The notes under the pieces: model-generated
Databases searched by the model: none
What the model was told of the DNA's origin: nothing
What the model saw: the letters and a program-made list of their open reading frames with translations, nothing else
Translations under genes and position numbers: made by a program
NCBI GenBank assembly: GCA_030390025.1
Contig: JASTWF010000035.1
Span: forward strand, 744,001-808,000
DNA from: Squalus acanthias
Lineage: Eukaryota
DNA: 64,000 nucleotides
Reading direction: 5' to 3'
Shown here: positions 59,485-64,000 of the stretch, piece by piece
Layout of the letters: every line of letters begins with the position of its first letter
How positions within the stretch are numbered: the stretch's first letter is position 1

Positions 59485-60734
59485 TGTAGGGGGTGGTAAT
59501 GGGGTCAGCCTTCACCCCTGACTCAGTGAGCGGTTCGAATCGCTCCCACGCCCCTGGTTCCTAGACTTTAGACTTATTTCGGGGTTGTGAACAAAAATGC
59601 AGTAGACAACAGGTTCTGATGAAAGAATTTTGACTTTATTAAAAGAAAAAGGTAACAAACTTAAAACACACTTAATACTTAAACACAGGTTGGGGAACAC
59701 ACAGTACAGGCGAGGGAGAATGACAATAAACTAAACAACAAAAACCTTATCCCTCCCAAAGATCCCATTATCTAGCTAGGTTTTGGTTTCAGGAGATCAG
59801 GGATAATGCTCACCAAATGAATCCTTGACAGGGTTTTAGAGTCTTTTGAGTAAAAGGCTTCGTAAGGCCCTTGTTGCTGCGAGGTGTCCGATGGTCACTG
59901 AGGCAGTCGCTCTGGTTTCTTCTTGTGTGATAGTCTGTTTGTGAAGTTGTTGACCTTCCTTCCTCCTCCTCCTCGTAGCTTGTGGTGTCTTTGCTGGAGC
60001 AGAGCTGAGAGAGAGAGAGCTGTGCCAGCGTTGTCAGCGAGTCCAAAGAGAGCAAGCCCTCGGACATTAGGCTCCAATTATACTGTCCTTTTCGCACCCA
60101 AAACCCCTTACTAAAACGGTTTCCTTTAGATTTCAAATGAGCCCTGTTTAGTCCATTGTCTTAGTTTTGGCAGGCTTGTCAGTTCCGATGGCTTTAACTT
60201 GGTGTTAAACATGTCCTGATAGCTTCCGATTTAGGCAAGGCCTTTATCTACGTGCCAAATCTCGTCCCTATTGACCTAGGTCTTTTGGCGGGCTTTAAAT
60301 CTGTCCTGTGGATACCTGGTTGATTGGTTTTTGATGAAGTAAATCGGGTTACTAAATGTCTTATTGATTTCAGGCCCCTGGCATCCTGTGTGGGCCTGGG
60401 AATTTCAAAAGAGGTCTTGGATTATTCATATTTCGATGTGTGTGTGAGGCTTTTGGGTTTTGTCTCTTCCTCCTTGATAGGAAGGCAGTGTAAACACATT
60501 CCCAGACAGCTTAATTGGGCCCCAATACCCAAAGCTATCCACTGCCCGGTCACGCCCCTCCGCAGCCTGTCGGTGTCTGTGAAAGGTGTCTTTCCCAACA
60601 GTAAGATTCAAAACGTCATTTTCCTCAGGGTTTTCTTCCCTGATCTTTAAAAATGTCCAAAACTGAGGGTTTTACCTCAAATCACTTCACTTAGGGTTCT
60701 GTTCGAGTTTCTGGGGGATTTTGTGAAGCCGACA
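59485..60734 (-). mobile_element. 3' LTR of a minus-strand LTR provirus extending past the window end
   Basis: Element-strand TGTCGG...CCCCTACA; homologous to solo LTR 1268-2541; predicted TSD GGTC (59481-59484); preceded on the element strand by PPT and env. Confidence 0.93.
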
Positions 60735-60745
60735 TTCCCCACTTT
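60735..60745 (-). promoter_or_regulatory. Polypurine tract (plus-strand primer)
   Basis: Element strand AAAGTGGGGAA directly abutting the LTR-initial TG. Confidence 0.85.
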
Positions 60746-61017
60746 GATACTAAACCTGAATTAGTATCATTAACAGGTGAGCAAAATTTCTGATCCCCGA
60801 AAACCAACCTTCCCCTGTATTACCTAAACTAAAAAAAAAACATACATTCCCCTTTTAAATGTGATGTTTCAGGTACATACAGGTAAGAATCAATCTTTAT
60901 TTCACATCCAAGCACGGAGAGGGTCCGACACCCCTGCACAGCTTGGAAAAACACATCATACACATCATAAAAATGACACAACACACACACACAAAAATTT
61001 TTATTAAAAAGACAAAA

Positions 61018-63371
61018 TCAAGGTTCGTTCCATCCCTGGCCATAGCCTTTATTTTGATGCACTTCCCAAGTCCCTTCGCGTCTGGAACAGAGCTCTCCGT
61101 CCCTTCCCCTGCACTTTGTACACAGCAGGTAGAGAACTATCCCGAGCTGGCAGACCACCAAAAGATGGGAAGCCATCCTGATCCAGGAAGGCACCTCTAT
61201 ATTCTCAAAAATATCCCACCAGGGTGGAACTACTATATCCAAAATCTCTGCCCCTATTTCAACTGTTTTCTGTTCCAGGGTGTAGAAATGTTTTTGTGAA
61301 ATCTCTACAGCTTTAAGTAGGATGGTAAGATGTTTGGGGAGAGGGGGAATTTTATATCCAAAGTAAGTCACATACTTTTGCAGGTTGGTGATGTTTTCTG
61401 TTACAGTGAGGTGAACAGTGGAGGGTTCAGGAATGGGGACAATCCGTTCCTGGGCCACTTGAACTTCTGCCTCGGGTTTAAAGCAGAAACTGCTGTCACT
61501 TACCGGACAGCAGAAGTGTCCATGCTGGTAGTGGGACGCACCTGTGGTGACACAATATGTCCCACCCCCTATATATGCTACCTGTGGGGAAACATGGCCG
61601 TGTGCCATTACCTCCATGGTATAGTTTATAGGTCGTGCGTCAGCCGCTTTAAACCCGCACTGTGGTTTACAATAGGCATTCAAGTGCTGGGGACACAGTA
61701 TTATGTGTGCTCCCCGGCTCCGGCACCCGGAGAGGTCTGTACCTGTCATGGCGTGCTCCCACTTTATGACATAAGGTGGGAACGCTGTAAAATGGATGTG
61801 TGCACCCCCTTGAATGATTCCAATGTTCTCCACCCTGTATACCGGTATGGGTCGGGCTGTCCCACTCATGACCGGCATTCTCACTACTATCCCCATGATA
61901 GTGTGATTGGAATGCCCACAATCTATTGGGACAGGGTAGGCTTCAGAGGCTAGATGAAATTGGCATGGGCTCAGCGAATTACTAAACGGGTGGAGGGCTG
62001 CGAGGTGCTTGTTGCTGATCCAGGAGGGGACTAAACCTTGCTTTAAATCCTCCAGGTTGCTACGGCCCTTGCCCAGCAACCATGCCCCGTACAGCACACA
62101 TACCTCATTGTGTGCAGCCTGATCCGATGCATTCCTATCCTCCCGTATGAGTGCATTTACTGTTTTGGCATGCCTTTCCAATTCTGCAATGATTTCCTTT
62201 AAATGAACCGTCATAGCTTGGTCCTCATGTAGCTCTGAGCCTACCACTGTGTTCCCATCCTTCAGGATCTTTCTTAACAGGGTTTTTAAACCATTTATCT
62301 GTGTCTGTAATTCCATGTCATCCAGGTTATTTATTACAGAGGACCCTGTACTATAGGCAGTGAAGACATCATTCCAGGCTCCCCTTCTTTGTCTACCCGT
62401 GCCCATAGGGTTCTCAGGGTGTATTCTGTATAGCTCTACTTTGTCTATATTGGCAAAATCAAATTCGTAACATTTTCTAAACATTTCCTTTAGCAGGGCC
62501 TGGTACAGCTGCTCCATCTCCTTAGGACACCACTCAGGTAAGTATACCTCGGTAAGGTTTAATATTACTGAAGCTACTGCATAGTGTACCCCCTGGTATA
62601 GTACCTTTTCGGTTGGTACTAGGACTAACCCATTCCCTGGTCCCTTGGTTGTGGTAGGGCACTTTTCTTCCAGGGTTTTCGGTACCTGGGTCGTGGGTAG
62701 GGAGTTCGGGTGTGTGCCACGAGTTCAGTGGCATTAACTGGGACCGGAATGTGTGGGACCACGCACCCATGCAGGCTAGAATCCCACCCTATCCCCTCCC
62801 CGGCATCTTGCCATTGGCTGGAGAAGATGATGGATACCCCTGTGGGGCAGGCTTCCTCTGATCCCCACATACAAACATAGACTCCCTGTTCCGACTCCCA
62901 CCACTTATCCCAACAAACACTCACTCCTCCTTGGGTCCCTGTGATTGTCCGGTAGGTGTCGTTCCCTAATCTTTCCCAGTCGGCTGTATGGTCCCCTGCA
63001 TCCCTGCTCAGCTTCCTGAGCCACCACCACCTATTCAGGGGAATTTGTCCCTTACAGGTAAGGCACACACGCTTCCCCTCGGTGACACTGACCCTTGTGG
63101 CAACGACCTGTATTCTGGGGCATGGGAGGGAGGCCTCCCCGTACGTGAACCCGGGCTGGTTGGAGTATTTAGTAGAGTTGGACCCCAGCCACCCTGGCCA
63201 CCTTCCCTCGTGGAAGTAGATGGCGAGCTCCTCCACTCCCCGCTCGCCACCCCCTGCGGTGACGACTGGTGCTCTCACTCCTGAGCACCCATAGATGTGG
63301 GAGTCCTCCACGTCACCTCGGTCACCGATGCTCACCCCTACCAGGGCGAGCAGGAGCAGAAACCTTGTCAT
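61018..63371 (-). pseudogene. env: Proviral envelope gene (class I fusogen with N-terminal Ig-like domain), one frameshift at ~62710-62720; ~783 aa if repaired
   Basis: Signal peptide MTRFLLLLALVGVSIG at 63371; Ig-like C...W...GVYVC; the downstream frame is open from ~62727 through RQRR (62383-62394), heptad region, Cys-rich region and TM LLVVCQLGIVLYLLC; many N-x-S/T sites; lies just upstream of the PPT/3' LTR. Confidence 0.85.
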
Positions 63372-63570
63372 TCCGAATTCCTTTCTGTAGGGGCACTCAC
63401 AAAACATATATCCATGTCCCAGAAAGGTTCTCTGGCTGGACAATTAATCAAGCCCTTAAACTTAAAAACTCTACAAATAACTAAACTAATGATAACCCAT
63501 GACTACCAAAACTGCAATTACTTAAAACCGAAAATTCTGTACATTTGCCGCCCGTCTCCGGACGGCCAGG

Positions 63571-64000
63571 TTAAATCCTGTTTAGTCTCTGCCTTATGTG
63601 GCCTCTGGATGGCTTGTACACCTGGGTGTAGTGCGGCCTGTACCGCCGGACCCAGAAGGCCTTCCTCAAAACCACTGGGGGTATCTTAACATCCCAGCTG
63701 CGTCCTGTGCTGCAGCACACTACCCCCTTTGGTGTGGCTGCAGCGCCCTCGTTCATATCTGTGGGCTCCTCCCAGCCTGAGGCTGCAGGCTGGGGACCCT
63801 TCTCTCTCTCTTCTCCCAGTACTACCTCTCCTGTGAAACTCTCACTGTTGGAGGCTGTAGGCTGGGAATCCCCAACTTTAGAATGCTCCCTGCTCTTGGG
63901 CGCTCTTTTTCGGGTTGCAACCCTCTTTGGGTGGGACCCTCTAAACAGATACACCTGTGGCCACAGTAGCCTTTGCTGTGGTGTGCGGGGAGACCTTCTC
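63571..64000 (-). other. Open frame in the proviral internal region upstream of env (pol C-terminal tail or accessory ORF; unidentified)
   Basis: The frame of ORF 63571-63954 stays open to the window edge (RRSPRTPQQRLLWPQVYLF...); no recognisable domain. Confidence 0.35.

Noticed and set aside
1268..60734. LTRs at 1268 and 59485 as the two ends of one 59-kb element
   Set aside because: The first has its own AGGC TSD on both sides; the second has PPT and env on its far side, so its partner lies beyond 64000.
61330..61953. 207-aa plus-strand ORF antisense to env
   Set aside because: No recognisable motif; most simply a shadow ORF, and cannot be supported without conservation data.

Overview
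Eukaryotic vertebrate genomic DNA, very probably a cartilaginous fish (inferred from the repeat families: CR1 LINEs with SGNH-esterase ORF1, a Deu-domain tRNA SINE, a V-SINE-like fragment, Penelope and Harbinger elements). The only host gene I can support is the 3' part (four spliced exons, 2782-30674, + strand) of an RDH11/12/13-like short-chain dehydrogenase. Its introns are filled with nested transposons and an ~11 kb 19-bp satellite. Most of the rest is mobile DNA: two full-length decayed CR1 LINEs, many CR1 fragments, Penelope elements carrying minimal hammerhead ribozymes, a near-intact autonomous Harbinger (intact 3-exon Myb/SANT gene, transposase with one 2-bp deletion), Harbinger MITEs and three solo LTRs. 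The most notable object is at the right end, the 3' half of a minus-strand LTR provirus (3' LTR 59485-60734, polypurine tract, env). Its env, repaired for one frameshift (~783 aa), reads signal peptide, RGD, Ig-like domain, then a paramyxovirus-F-like class I fusogen (F2-like segment, RQRR furin site, heptad repeat, long Cys-rich ectodomain, TM) rather than a gamma-type SU/TM. This suggests a lokiretrovirus-like or env-bearing Gypsy-like element with a captured Ig domain. gag/pol lie outside the window, so the lineage cannot be fixed here. All family assignments are by eye; no database searches were run.
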